64,000 bases of DNA from an uncultured Bacteroidales bacterium (lineage in GTDB: Bacteria > Bacteroidota > Bacteroidia > Bacteroidales > P3): contig CALUNB010000004.1 in the NCBI GenBank assembly GCA_944321885.1, positions 6,847-70,846 of the forward strand. The letters are read 5' to 3'. Shown here in pieces: positions 1 to 10,167 of the stretch (the first letter of the stretch is position 1; each line of letters starts with the position of its first letter). Made by a program: the position numbers and the translations under genes. Under the pieces are notes generated by a model. It was not told the DNA's origin. It saw nothing but the letters and a program-made list of their open reading frames with translations, and did not search any database.

Positions 1-173
1 TAACGGGTCGATGCCTCCATGATCTCCTCGGTCGTAAACTCCTGCAAATCCTCGTTCTTCTTTTCCACTTTGAATCTTTCCTCCTTTATGATGCGATAAG
101 GGTCGATGCGGGATGTCTCTGTCCCCGGTTCCGGCACTTGTGTGTCAGCGAATAGGTCTTTCTGCATATTCAT
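1..173 (-). CDS. Partial CDS (N-terminus only, continues off the left edge); hypothetical protein
   Basis: Minus-strand ATG at 173..171 (a second ATG follows at 167..165). It reads MNMQKDLFADTQVPEPGTETSRIDPYRIIKEERFKVEKKNEDLQEFTTEEIMEAS and stays open to position 1. No family recognised. Confidence 0.3.
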   Translation of the reverse strand, partial: MNMQKDLFADTQVPEPGTETSRIDPYRIIKEERFKVEKKNEDLQEFTTEEIMEASTR

Positions 174-388
174 TTGTCCTATAAGCATTTAGAAAGAGCC
201 CCACATCTATCGTCCCTCCCTGTCCTATCCATGGGACTGGAACGGCAAAATTAGAACTTTTTCAGAGGGAATCCGGGAGGGACGGAACCAATCTTATAAA
301 CATCGGACAGTAAGCACATGAAAAACAATGCCAAAAGCTGTGCATTCAAACTTCCCAACACAGATACCAACATGCAGGAGAAAGCCTC

Positions 389-1621
389 TCAGGAAAGCTT
401 CCGCCTGAAGTCCTCATACCCGAACTCCCGGCAATACAGGATTTCCGTACCCTCCGTAAAACAGATAGCCGGATGTTTCAAGCCGTTGAACGTGGTCGTC
501 TTGACAAAAGTATAATGCGCCATGTCGTTAAAAACCAACAGATGCCCCGGGTACAACTCTTCCTTGAACAACCAATCCCCCATGAAATCCCCCGCCAAAC
601 AACTGCCCCCTCCCAAACGGTAACGGTAGCGGTAATCTTCCCGATGTTTCTCCCCCGGCACCGGGTCGGAGGACACGTCCGCCCCTGTACCGGCATGGAT
701 GGAACCGAATACTTTAGGCTGGTAAGGGATTTCCAGGCAGTCAGGCATATGGTCGGCAAAAGAAACGTTCATGATAGCCGTCCGGATACCGCCGCTTTCC
801 ACCACGTCCTCCACCCTTCCGACCAGATAGCCAGCCTCCCAGACGAAAGCCGCACCCGGTTCCAGGATGACTTGCAAATGCGGCCAACGTTCGCGGAAAA
901 CCCGCAACCTCTTCTTCAGCAAGTCCAAATCATAGCCCTGGGCGGTCATCAGATGCCCGCCTCCGAAATTGACCCATTTCAAGTCCGGAAGATAGGCTGC
1001 AAAATGCTGCTCGAACGCATCCAGCAACGCACAACTGCTTTTGGCATCGGACTCACAAAGGGCATGGCAATGGAAGCCCTCCAAACCTTCCGGCAAATGT
1101 CCCGGACCGGGAAGATACGAGGCCATGACTCCCAAACGGGAACCCGGGACGCAAGGATTGTAAATGGCCTGTACATCGGATTCCAATCCGGGATTGACCC
1201 GCAGACCGAAAGAAAGGGCCGGGTTCACGGCCTTGGCCTTCGAGGCGAAGCGCTCGTATTGATTCAAAGAATTGAAGGTGAGATGGCTGCTCACAGATGC
1301 TATTTCGTCAATCTCTTCCTCAAGGTATGCCGCCGCATAGGTATAGGAAGGTTTTCCCAATTCCTCGAAAGCCAAACGGGCCTCGCACAAGGAACTGGAG
1401 GTGGATTGGCTGAAGCCGGCTTCCTTGAAAGCCGGGAACGCGCCCCACATCGAAAAACCTTTCAAGGCCAGGATTATCTCGACCCCGGTTTCCTCCGCCA
1501 CCGAACGAATCAAGGCGAAATTCCGTTCCAAACGTCCCTTGTCCAGCACATAAGCCGGGTTCGGTAATTTCTTCAACAAAGTTTCCGGCAAAGGCATGCC
1601 GCTGAAATCCTGTGTCTTCAT
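389..1621 (-). CDS. nspC: Carboxynorspermidine/carboxyspermidine decarboxylase
   Basis: The 446-aa ORF 389..1729 is trimmed to the ATG at 1621 (MKTQDFSGMPLPETLLKKLPNPAYVLDKGRLERNF...). It shows the fold-III PLP decarboxylase pattern (GFHCHALCE, NFGGGH, EPGAAFV, GGGSCLAGD) typical of NspC. Confidence 0.85.
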   Translation of the reverse strand: MKTQDFSGMPLPETLLKKLPNPAYVLDKGRLERNFALIRSVAEETGVEIILALKGFSMWGAFPAFKEAGFSQSTSSSLCEARLAFEELGKPSYTYAAAYLEEEIDEIASVSSHLTFNSLNQYERFASKAKAVNPALSFGLRVNPGLESDVQAIYNPCVPGSRLGVMASYLPGPGHLPEGLEGFHCHALCESDAKSSCALLDAFEQHFAAYLPDLKWVNFGGGHLMTAQGYDLDLLKKRLRVFRERWPHLQVILEPGAAFVWEAGYLVGRVEDVVESGGIRTAIMNVSFADHMPDCLEIPYQPKVFGSIHAGTGADVSSDPVPGEKHREDYRYRYRLGGGSCLAGDFMGDWLFKEELYPGHLLVFNDMAHYTFVKTTTFNGLKHPAICFTEGTEILYCREFGYEDFRRKLS

Positions 1622-1760
1622 TGTTTTTATTCTTGTTCGTTTCCTAAATCGCCACTGTACCACCCCATCGCTCCGACCTCTTTTCTCCATGGCTTCCCCC
1701 TCTTCCCCGGCGCTTGCCCCCTCTTGCAAAGCCGGGGAACAAGACTGTCCGGCAAAACGC

Positions 1761-3176
1761 TCAACGGAAACATTTTTCCGGGAAACCGGACAAGTAAACC
1801 ACTTCCGTCGCCCGTGTCAAAGCCGTGTAGAGCCACCGCAAGTACTCCGTATCCAGCACATCCTCGGTCAGATACCCGGCATCCACGAAAACGCAGGGCC
1901 ATTGGCCGCCTTGGGTCTTGTGGCAGGTCAAGGCATAAGCATATTTGACTTGCAAGGCATTGAAATAGGGGTCTTGGCGGACCGCCTGCATCCGCTTGGA
2001 CTTGGACGTCAGATGCGCGTAATCCTCCCATACCGCCCCGAAAAGCTTCCTGACCTCTTCGTAAGGCATGGAAGCGGCATCCACATGCAAGGCATCCAGC
2101 CAAAGCTTGAGCATGAGCGGAGGCTGTTCCGGATAATCGACCAAACGGGCCTCGATATCGGCGAAATGGAAACCATATATTTCCTCCCGCTTGCGGATTC
2201 TCAGCACTTCCATCATGTCGCCGTTGGCAATGAAACCTGCCTTGGAATCGGAGGGCAGCCAAAAATAATTGTTGCGGACCACCATCAGCAATTCCCCGGC
2301 GGCCAAGTCGCTGTCCATGCCGAAAACCCGGCCCCGGAGCTCGTTGTTGAACAAATTGGCCCTTTTGTTGGAACGTGTGATGAAAACCACCTCTTCCCGC
2401 TCCCGCTTCCCGTATTCGGTTTGCAACACATCCTCCAAAGCCTCCCCTTCCAAACGTTTCAAATCCGTCTTTCCATGAGGATATCCGAACGAGAACAAGG
2501 GCAAAGCCGGATCCTCCCGGGCAACCTTTCCCCGCAAAGCCGTCGCATTCTCCAAAACCAGCGAACCTTCCCCTTGCCGGACCACTTCTTCCAAAGTGTA
2601 CGACAAGAAATGCAACGGGAAACAAGACGAGAGATAGTCCAAATCCAAGGCAGGGCTGTAAGGCGAACCGACCGGGGGCAACTGGGCCGTGTCACCGACC
2701 AACAAGACCCGGCAACGGTAACCCGCCCCCACGTACCGGAAAAAATCATACAAGAGGGATTCTTCCTCACCGATCATCGAAGCCTCGTCCACGACATAGA
2801 GCGTGTTCCGCGCACGGTTCTGCCGCAAGGAAAGCTGTACACGTCCCTCCTCGTCAGGTTCCGCATAGTAAATCTGCTTATGTATCGTGCCGGCCGCCGT
2901 ACCCGAATAATGGGACAGGACCTTGGCTGCCCGCCCGGTAGGAGCCAAAAGCACCGGCGTGATGTTCAAAACGGGCAAGGCCCTGACCAAGGCGGCGACC
3001 ACCGAAGTCTTACCTGTCCCGGCATAGCCCTGCAAAACAAAACCCACGTCCGAACGGAACTGGAAGACGAAGGAAGCCAATTCCTTCACCAATTCCGCTT
3101 GGCCATGGGTCGGTACAAAAGGCAGATAGGACGCAATCAAACGTCCTATGCCTTCTTCTGTAAATTTTCCTGCCAT
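1761..3176 (-). CDS. SF1 RecD-like ATP-dependent DNA helicase
   Basis: Walker A GYAGTGKTS, Walker B YVVDEASMI, and a C-terminal UvrD_C_2-like YALTCHKTQGGQWPCVFVD. The ATG is at 3176. It overlaps the galE 3' end by 31 nt. Confidence 0.75.
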   Translation of the reverse strand: MAGKFTEEGIGRLIASYLPFVPTHGQAELVKELASFVFQFRSDVGFVLQGYAGTGKTSVVAALVRALPVLNITPVLLAPTGRAAKVLSHYSGTAAGTIHKQIYYAEPDEEGRVQLSLRQNRARNTLYVVDEASMIGEEESLLYDFFRYVGAGYRCRVLLVGDTAQLPPVGSPYSPALDLDYLSSCFPLHFLSYTLEEVVRQGEGSLVLENATALRGKVAREDPALPLFSFGYPHGKTDLKRLEGEALEDVLQTEYGKREREEVVFITRSNKRANLFNNELRGRVFGMDSDLAAGELLMVVRNNYFWLPSDSKAGFIANGDMMEVLRIRKREEIYGFHFADIEARLVDYPEQPPLMLKLWLDALHVDAASMPYEEVRKLFGAVWEDYAHLTSKSKRMQAVRQDPYFNALQVKYAYALTCHKTQGGQWPCVFVDAGYLTEDVLDTEYLRWLYTALTRATEVVYLSGFPEKCFR

Positions 3177-4213
3177 TTCCAGGCACTCAAAGTCATTTCA
3201 TCCAAACCACGATGCGCTTTCCAGCCCAAAAGCCGGTTGGCCTTGTCCGTATTGGCCCAAATCTGCTCGATATCGCCTTCCCTGCGCCCCACGATCTTGT
3301 AGTTCAGCTTCTGTCCGGTGGCACGTTCAAAACTTTGAATCACTTCCAGGACCGAATACCCCGTTCCCGTTCCGAGGTTGAAGAAATCAATACCCTCGAA
3401 CCCCGGCTTGTCCAGATACTCCATGGCTGCCACATGGGCTTCGGCCAAGTCGCAAACATGGATGTAATCCCGGATGGGCGTGCCGTCAGGGGTGTCGTAG
3501 TCATCCCCGAACACTTGCAAGCAAGGCCGCAAACCCGCTGCCGTCTGGGTGATATAGGGCATCAAATTATTGGGAACCCCGTTGGGCAATTCCCCGATTA
3601 AAGCCGAAGCATGGGCTCCAATCGGGTTGAAATAACGCAAGGCCAAGATTTTCCACGGGTTGTCCCCTTCCATGCCTTCGCCTTTGGCCCGGCGGGCTTC
3701 ATCCCCATGCACCATGTCCGCCAAGATGTCCTCGCTAATCCGCTTGGTATTTGCATAAGGACAAGTGGCCGGTTGCCGGGGCGTATCTTCCGTCACCGGC
3801 AAATGCTCCGGTTGCCCGTAAACCGTGCAAGAGGAAGAATAGACCAGTTTGCGGCAAGCCGACTGCCCCATACCTTCCAACACGTAAAGCAAGGAATCCA
3901 AGTTGTTCCGGTAATAGTGCAAGGGATTCAAAACCGATTCACCCACCGCTTTGGCCGCCGCGAAATGGATGACCGCCTCGGCATCGGAATGGATTTTGAA
4001 GAAATGCAGGCAAGCCGTCCGGTCGCTCAAATCCACCACTTCCAGGAAAGGTTTCTTCCCTGTAATCTCGGCAATCCGATCCACGACCGAAGCCTTGGAG
4101 TTGGACAAATCATCGGCGATGATGACATCATACCCCCGCTGCAACAGCTCGACAACCGTATGGGAACCGATGAACCCGGTTCCTCCGGTAACAATGACTT
4201 TTTTCACTTTCAT
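3146..4213 (-). CDS. galE: UDP-glucose 4-epimerase
   Basis: N-terminal Rossmann motif VTGGTGFIGSH. SDR extended-family motifs are present (YANTKRISE is YxxxK). Full-length 355 aa. Confidence 0.9.
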   Translation of the reverse strand: MKVKKVIVTGGTGFIGSHTVVELLQRGYDVIIADDLSNSKASVVDRIAEITGKKPFLEVVDLSDRTACLHFFKIHSDAEAVIHFAAAKAVGESVLNPLHYYRNNLDSLLYVLEGMGQSACRKLVYSSSCTVYGQPEHLPVTEDTPRQPATCPYANTKRISEDILADMVHGDEARRAKGEGMEGDNPWKILALRYFNPIGAHASALIGELPNGVPNNLMPYITQTAAGLRPCLQVFGDDYDTPDGTPIRDYIHVCDLAEAHVAAMEYLDKPGFEGIDFFNLGTGTGYSVLEVIQSFERATGQKLNYKIVGRREGDIEQIWANTDKANRLLGWKAHRGLDEMTLSAWKWQENLQKKA

Positions 4214-4448
4214 TCAGTTTTTTCCCTTTGGAGTATTTCCCGGCAAAAAGACCGCACCCGCCGGAACCTTGTCCGGATGGCGGTGTGTCATAACGGGTAA
4301 TCTGGCATGGCCGAAGCCCCTCCGCCTCGGCCATGTCCAAGCAAGGAAACGGCTTGGCATGGCACTCGGCTCAACCGGGGAGTTGACTTCGCCGAAGCCT
4401 CCTTGAAAAACTCTATTTTGGCACAGGCTCATCAACCGGTTCAAAGCC

Positions 4449-4994
4449 TCAGTTTCCCGAAACGGGAATGGACGAGGTAAGCTTCAAGCCTAATTTGGCA
4501 GAAACCAACGGCATCACATCGATGGCATCCGGTCCGATGAAAACCGTGCCGTTGCTCGAGTCAAGGATATAGGCGAATTTGCCCTCCTGGGCTACCGTTT
4601 CGATGGCCTTGGTCACCTTGTCGGTAATCGGGCTTATCACCTCCTGCTGTTTACGCGTATAATCTTCCTGGCTTTGCTGGGCGAATTCCTGCAAACGGAC
4701 TTCCATGTCCTGCAACTCCCGCTGCTTGGTCTGCTTGATCAAATCGGACCACTGGCTTTGGTTGTTCTGGTATTCGAGCGCCTTGTTCTGATACTCGGTC
4801 TGCATTGCCATAATATTATCTTCCAATTCCTTGCCATAATCCTGCATGATTTTCATGGCCGAATCGTACTCAGGCATCCGGGTAATGACTTCCACCGTGC
4901 TGATATGCCCGACTTTCGTAGTCTGTGCTTGGGAGACCTGTCCCATGACGAAGAATGCAGCTGCTACCAGCACCGATAAAAGAATTTTTTTCAT
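4449..4994 (-). CDS. OmpH/Skp-family periplasmic chaperone
   Basis: Starts at the ATG at 4994 (MKKILLSVLVAAAFFVMGQVSQAQ signal peptide); the longer ORF begins at a TTG. Body is coiled-coil and Q/E-rich, and the gene lies downstream of bamA. Confidence 0.8.
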   Translation of the reverse strand: MKKILLSVLVAAAFFVMGQVSQAQTTKVGHISTVEVITRMPEYDSAMKIMQDYGKELEDNIMAMQTEYQNKALEYQNNQSQWSDLIKQTKQRELQDMEVRLQEFAQQSQEDYTRKQQEVISPITDKVTKAIETVAQEGKFAYILDSSNGTVFIGPDAIDVMPLVSAKLGLKLTSSIPVSGN

Positions 4995-5217
4995 GATATT
5001 CGTTTTCTTTTGTTTGTTATTCAACTTATCCTGCTTATCCTAATCATCCGGAACCCATATTCACAACCCCGGTACCGGACACCCGGCATGGTAAAGACCT
5101 GTACGGACAGGGACATTTCCTTATTTGAGGCGGGCAAATTTATAAAATAATCCCATTTTCGCAACCGGAAAACCGCCTGGAATGACAAATAGACGGGTTT
5201 TGGCCCCTCATTGCCCC

Positions 5218-5772
5218 CTAATCAGCCGCGCCGGTGGATTCCTTCTCTTCCACTTTACCCGGTTCATAACCCATATCCTTCAAGATATCATTGCTGATAT
5301 CATTGCGGGGATCGGCATACATGATGTTGGAATTATCCGAACGGTCGAACACGAAGACAAATTGCTTCTGCTTGGCACGTTTTTCGATAGCCGTGTAAAT
5401 CTTGTCCTGGATAGGCCGGATCATTTCCTGACGCCGTTTGAACAAGTCCCCGTCCACCCCGAAACGCTTCTTCTGCAAATCCTTGGCAGCCTTCTCCTTG
5501 GTGATGATTTCATTTTCCCGGCGGTTCTTCATGTCCTGGGTCAACAAAGGAGCATCGTTTTGGAACTGTTTGTACAAAGCATCGATTTCAGCGAACTTTT
5601 CCTCGATTTCCTTCTGCCACTCGATGGACAAGTTGTCGATTTCTTCCTGGGCTTTGACAAACTCGGGAATGTTCTGCAGGATGTACTCGGTATTCACGTA
5701 TGCATACTTCTGGGAATAGGCGCAAACGGTGATTCCCACGGCCAGCAAAGCCGACAAAAACAACTTTTTCAT
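5218..5772 (-). CDS. OmpH/Skp-family periplasmic chaperone
   Basis: Signal peptide MKKLFLSALLAVGITVCAYSQ followed by Skp-like charged helical repeats. It sits immediately downstream of bamA. Confidence 0.8.
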   Translation of the reverse strand: MKKLFLSALLAVGITVCAYSQKYAYVNTEYILQNIPEFVKAQEEIDNLSIEWQKEIEEKFAEIDALYKQFQNDAPLLTQDMKNRRENEIITKEKAAKDLQKKRFGVDGDLFKRRQEMIRPIQDKIYTAIEKRAKQKQFVFVFDRSDNSNIMYADPRNDISNDILKDMGYEPGKVEEKESTGAAD

Positions 5773-5942
5773 AGATTCGATTTTTAAGTTTTTACCCTTT
5801 CAATTCCACCGGACACATCCGCCCGCTTCCTCCTGGTCGCGGTTCCGGAAAGTCCGGCATGGAAGGGGAATCATTGCAAATATCATGCCAAGCATTCCTC
5901 TTCGCCTGGGAAATCCGCACCCGGCCCCATCGGTTTCCACCG

Positions 5943-8516
5943 CTACCAATCCAAGGACTGGTTAATGGAGAAATGGAAGTGGCTCCCGTTGGCCGAAGGA
6001 TCCCCCGGAACCTCGTCGAAACCGTATCCCCAGTCAAGCCCGAACATCCCCATGGCCGAAAGGAAGAGACGGACCCCGACCCCGGCGGACTTGTAAACTT
6101 GGAAAGGATTGATGTCCGAAGCCCGCGCCCAGCTGTTCCCGGCTTCGAAAAACGCCAGCACGTAAACCGTGGCCACCGGCGAGTTCGAGAAAGGATAACG
6201 GAGTTCCAAGGTAATCTTGTCGTAAGCCGTGGCCCCGGAAGAAGGCGAAAGCGAGTTGTTGGAGTAACCGCGCATCCCGATCAGTTCCCGGCCATCCAGG
6301 CCGAAACCGGTAAGCCCGTCGCCCCCAAGGTAGAAGCGTTCGAAAATAGGATATCCCGTCTTGGACGTGTAATAACTCAAATAGCCCAAACGGATACGGG
6401 CATGGACCACCAACTTGGCCACCGGGTTGAAAAACCAGCCCGCTTTGAACGAAATCTTGTAATATTCCAACCAACGGTAATGGTCTTCCGAGTTGGAGCT
6501 GGCATACAACTTGCTACCCAAGGCCGTATAAGGCGGGGTCAACTCGAAACCCAAGGAGAGGGACGAACCCGTGGTCGGGAACATGGCCCCGTCGAGGTTC
6601 TGCCTTTGAATCGTGAAGTTATAGCGGAAGTTGTTGCTGACCCCGTCCGTGACCCCGTTGTCCATGTCGTAGTTATGCATGCGATAACGTTCGTAACTGA
6701 TGGACTGGAATATGGTGAAGAAATCATCCGGCCATTTCAAACGCTGCCCCAAACCGATGGAAGCCCCGTCCACGACCAAGCGGCCGTAACGCTCGTCGCT
6801 CTTCGAGAGCCCGTTGGACTGCATGGAGTGGTTGTACGAAAGGCTGAACGCCAATGGTTTCTTTCCTCCTAACCAAGGTTCAGTGAAAGAAGTGGCCACC
6901 GACCAATAATAGGTACCGTTGGATTGGGCCCGGATACTGAGCTGCTGCCCGTCACCGGAGGGAAGAGGTTTCCAACGATCCAACTTGAACAGGTTCCGCA
7001 AGGAAAAGTTATTGAACGAAAGCCCCAAGGTTCCCACGACCATACCGCCCCCGAAACCTCCGGAAAGTTCCAGCTGGTCCGAACCGACCTCCTCGAACTG
7101 GTATTCCAGGTCGGTCGTGGTCATGTCGGGATTAATCATCGGTTGCGGGTTGATGGTTTCGTCGTTGAAATACCGCAACTGCCGCATCGTGTTGACCGAG
7201 TTGATAATCTCGGAACGATTGAACAGCTGTCCCGGGACCGTCCGCAACTCCCTTAAAATCACATAGTCGTTAGTACGGTCATTACCTGCAAGGCGAATTT
7301 CGTTGAAACGGATTTGCCGACCCTCCACAATCCGGATTTCCAAGTCCACCGTGTCGTTGTAAACCCGGGTCTCGACCGGTGTGGCCTGGAACATCAGGTA
7401 GCCGTTATCCATATAGAGCGAATAAACGTCGGCCCCTTGCGGGTTCATCATCAAATTGGTGGTGAATTTCTCCTCGTTGTACAACTCCCCTTTCTGGATG
7501 CTCATGACCGCCCCCAGCTGCTCGGATGTATAGGTCTCGTTTCCCACGAAAGAAATATTCCCGAAATAATAAGGATCCCCCTCGTACACCTTCACTTTCA
7601 AGCCGATGGTTTTCTCGTCTATCTTGTACATCGAATCTCCCAAGACACGGAAATCCCGGAAACCTTCCTTGTTATAGGCGGTGGAAAGGGATTTCAAGTC
7701 TTCTTGGAAAGCCGAGGGCACGTACTTGGAACGCTTCCAGAAACGCATGGCCGCCTTCTGCTTGGTATTTTTCATAACCCGGCGCAAACGCTTGTCGGAA
7801 AAAGCCAGGTTCTCCTTGTTGCCCACCTTACGGAACGAACGCCCCACCTTCTGCCAGAAGTCCAGGTTCGCCGCTTCCGGTGCCACCGCGTCATTCCCCT
7901 CGAATTCGATGGTCGCGATTTTCACTTTTTCCTTCTTGTCCACCCTGACTAAAAGGTTGATTCCCCCGTTGGCCAGCGTGTCGGCTTTCCGTATCACTTC
8001 CACCTCGGCATTGAGGAAAGACTTGTCCAACAATTCCTTCTTGACCAACTCTTCCAGCTGTCCAATCCGGTAATCGGTCAGGATGTCGCCTGTCTTGAGC
8101 TTAAGCTCGTCGTCTATCTTGGTGATGATGCTTTTAGGAACCCCCTCGTAGGCAATCAACGAGAGTCTGGGCCTTTCCTTCAAATCGATGTTCAAATAAA
8201 TGCGGTCTCCCTCTATCTTGGTGACCTGAATGGAAATATTCTCGAAAAGACCTTGTTTCCAAAGGTTGTCGATGGCCTTGGCCGTGGCATCCCCCGGAAT
8301 CTTCATCCGCTGCCCCACAGCCAAGCCAGACAAATGAATCAATGCATTATCATCCAAATAACTGATACCGCTTACCGTGATACCTGCAATCTGGTATTCC
8401 CGGACCGCCCCGTAAGACATGATTTCCTGGCCGGAAACCCGAAGAGGGAAACCGGCCAAGCACAGGAGCGAAGCCGCCCAAAATACAAAACAGCGTTTGA
8501 AAAAATCGACTCTCAC
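5943..8516 (-). CDS. bamA: Outer membrane protein assembly factor BamA
   Basis: 857 aa with POTRA-like repeats and a C-terminal Omp85 barrel ending ...HFHFSINQSLDW. The start codon at 8516 is GTG. The uppS-bamA-skp-skp order is conserved. Confidence 0.9.
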   Translation of the reverse strand: MRVDFFKRCFVFWAASLLCLAGFPLRVSGQEIMSYGAVREYQIAGITVSGISYLDDNALIHLSGLAVGQRMKIPGDATAKAIDNLWKQGLFENISIQVTKIEGDRIYLNIDLKERPRLSLIAYEGVPKSIITKIDDELKLKTGDILTDYRIGQLEELVKKELLDKSFLNAEVEVIRKADTLANGGINLLVRVDKKEKVKIATIEFEGNDAVAPEAANLDFWQKVGRSFRKVGNKENLAFSDKRLRRVMKNTKQKAAMRFWKRSKYVPSAFQEDLKSLSTAYNKEGFRDFRVLGDSMYKIDEKTIGLKVKVYEGDPYYFGNISFVGNETYTSEQLGAVMSIQKGELYNEEKFTTNLMMNPQGADVYSLYMDNGYLMFQATPVETRVYNDTVDLEIRIVEGRQIRFNEIRLAGNDRTNDYVILRELRTVPGQLFNRSEIINSVNTMRQLRYFNDETINPQPMINPDMTTTDLEYQFEEVGSDQLELSGGFGGGMVVGTLGLSFNNFSLRNLFKLDRWKPLPSGDGQQLSIRAQSNGTYYWSVATSFTEPWLGGKKPLAFSLSYNHSMQSNGLSKSDERYGRLVVDGASIGLGQRLKWPDDFFTIFQSISYERYRMHNYDMDNGVTDGVSNNFRYNFTIQRQNLDGAMFPTTGSSLSLGFELTPPYTALGSKLYASSNSEDHYRWLEYYKISFKAGWFFNPVAKLVVHARIRLGYLSYYTSKTGYPIFERFYLGGDGLTGFGLDGRELIGMRGYSNNSLSPSSGATAYDKITLELRYPFSNSPVATVYVLAFFEAGNSWARASDINPFQVYKSAGVGVRLFLSAMGMFGLDWGYGFDEVPGDPSANGSHFHFSINQSLDW

Positions 8517-8521
8517 CCTTT

Positions 8522-9271
8522 CTACGACTTAGATTGGTTTGAACTGGACAACTTACCAAACCGCCGGTCCCTTTTCTGGAAATCGGCAATGGCACCATAA
8601 AACATATCTTCGGTGAAGTCAGGCCACAAAACCGGCGAAAAGAACAACTCCGAATAGGCTATCTGCCAAAGCAGGAAATTACTAATACGATACTCTCCGC
8701 TGGTACGGATCAACAAATCGGGATCGGGCATGAACGATGTCGCCAAGGCGCGGCTGATGCTGGAAGCATCGATGTCGCCCGGTTCCAAACGTCCCTCACG
8801 GACTTCCCCGGCCAATTTACGAACCGCTTCGGTCAATTCCCAACGGGCGCTGTAACTGAGCGCCAGGACCAAATCCATCCGCGTATTGCCGGCCGTCTTG
8901 GCCAAAGCCTCGTCCAAGGCAGCTTTCACTTCCGGGGCGAACACCTCTTCCTGCCCTATGACCCGCAAACGAATCCCGTTTTCCATGAACAAGGGCATTT
9001 CGTTGTGCAAACAGGAAACCAACAAAGCCATCAGGGCGGACACCTCTTCCTTGGGCCTCCCCCAGTTTTCCGTGGAAAACGCATACAAGGTCAGGTAGCG
9101 GATGCCGATCTTGCAAGCGGCCCGGGTTATGCGCCGCACCGCCTTCACCCCTTCGATATGCCCTTCCTGCCGGGGTAAATTCCTCATTTGCGCCCAACGC
9201 CCGTTTCCATCCATGATGATGGCCACATGTCGCGGCACCTTGTCTGTCCGTATGGGAATATCAGCACTCAT
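8522..9271 (-). CDS. uppS: Isoprenyl transferase (undecaprenyl-diphosphate synthase)
   Basis: Trimmed to the ATG at 9271 (MSADIPIRTDKVPRHVAIIMDGNGRWA). The motifs HVAIIMDGNGRWA, TLYAFSTENW and IRTSGEYRISNFLLWQ are diagnostic. Confidence 0.9.
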   Translation of the reverse strand: MSADIPIRTDKVPRHVAIIMDGNGRWAQMRNLPRQEGHIEGVKAVRRITRAACKIGIRYLTLYAFSTENWGRPKEEVSALMALLVSCLHNEMPLFMENGIRLRVIGQEEVFAPEVKAALDEALAKTAGNTRMDLVLALSYSARWELTEAVRKLAGEVREGRLEPGDIDASSISRALATSFMPDPDLLIRTSGEYRISNFLLWQIAYSELFFSPVLWPDFTEDMFYGAIADFQKRDRRFGKLSSSNQSKS

Positions 9272-9281
9272 TTCCAAGTAA

Positions 9282-10154
9282 CTATCTCTTCTTTTTCTTC
9301 TGCAATCCATCGTAGGCCGGACAAGGGACATCTTTTCCCGGCAAACGGAACGATACCGTGAACATGGCGAAAGAATACCAGTCGTACGTTCCGGCATCCC
9401 CCCGACGGCTTCCTGGCAAATGTCGACGCTCCGGATCCTTGAAACCTTCCGGGTCGGCAAAGTAACGCCGCGGATCATCCTCATCCCAATCTTCCGTATT
9501 GGCATACGTTCCGCCCACATCGTCCAGATAATCGGTGAAAGCCAGGCGCATCGTCCACTCCACCCCTATCGACATGAAGCGGCAGACACTGAACTTGACG
9601 CCCAAGCCCATCGGAACGACAAACTGGAACCTGGAATAGGCTTCCTCCTGTCCTTCGGTACGCAAAGGCCGCAAAGGCACCCATTCCACACTCCCCGTAT
9701 GGGGATTGGTCCACCGCCCTTCCGGGTCGGTTACCGCCATGGCGGCCCCGAAAGTCAAATAGGGAGTAATCCTGTGTTGATGGCTCCCGGTAAAGAAATT
9801 CAAAAAGTTGACCTCCAGCAAGGCCGAAACTTCCCACAAATCACTCTTGAAATTAAGACCTCGCGGATTGCCGAAGTCCTCATCAAAAGCCATGATTTGT
9901 CCATAGCTTGCTCCCGCACGAAGGGCCATGCGGGTATCGAAATTATAACGGTAGAACAGGCTTCCTGCAAACCGGGTCTTGTAAAACACCCTTTTAGGGT
10001 TGATTTCCCCCATGTAGAAAGAACCTCCCACGCCAAAACCGAGTTCCGAACGCTGCGCCGGAGCCGGCCCGACGGCCAACAGCCAAAATCCTGTCAATAA
10101 GAAGCATAAGACTTTTTTCCGTCTTACACGGCCAAGCATGTCCATGCGTTTCAT
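9282..10154 (-). CDS. DUF6089-like outer-membrane beta-barrel protein
   Basis: Trimmed to the ATG at 10154 (MKRMDMLGRVRRKKVLCFLLTGFWLLAVGPAPAQ signal peptide). Shows alternating beta-strand pattern. Its position between nadK and uppS matches the usual Bacteroidota synteny. The upstream part of the long ORF lies in repeat DNA. Confidence 0.6.
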   Translation of the reverse strand: MKRMDMLGRVRRKKVLCFLLTGFWLLAVGPAPAQRSELGFGVGGSFYMGEINPKRVFYKTRFAGSLFYRYNFDTRMALRAGASYGQIMAFDEDFGNPRGLNFKSDLWEVSALLEVNFLNFFTGSHQHRITPYLTFGAAMAVTDPEGRWTNPHTGSVEWVPLRPLRTEGQEEAYSRFQFVVPMGLGVKFSVCRFMSIGVEWTMRLAFTDYLDDVGGTYANTEDWDEDDPRRYFADPEGFKDPERRHLPGSRRGDAGTYDWYSFAMFTVSFRLPGKDVPCPAYDGLQKKKKR

Positions 10155-10167
10155 CCGTCCAAAAACG

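Noticed and set aside
473-3302. Long plus-strand ORFs (473..1567, 364 aa; 1596..3302, 568 aa) antisense to nspC and the RecD-like helicase
   Set aside because: They lie fully opposite well-supported genes and are Arg/Pro/Gly-rich with no recognisable motifs. This is typical of shadow ORFs in GC-rich DNA. The same applies to 24529..26313 (+), 26529..27491 (+), 28781..30181 (+), 59679..60272 (+) and 61138..63024 (+).
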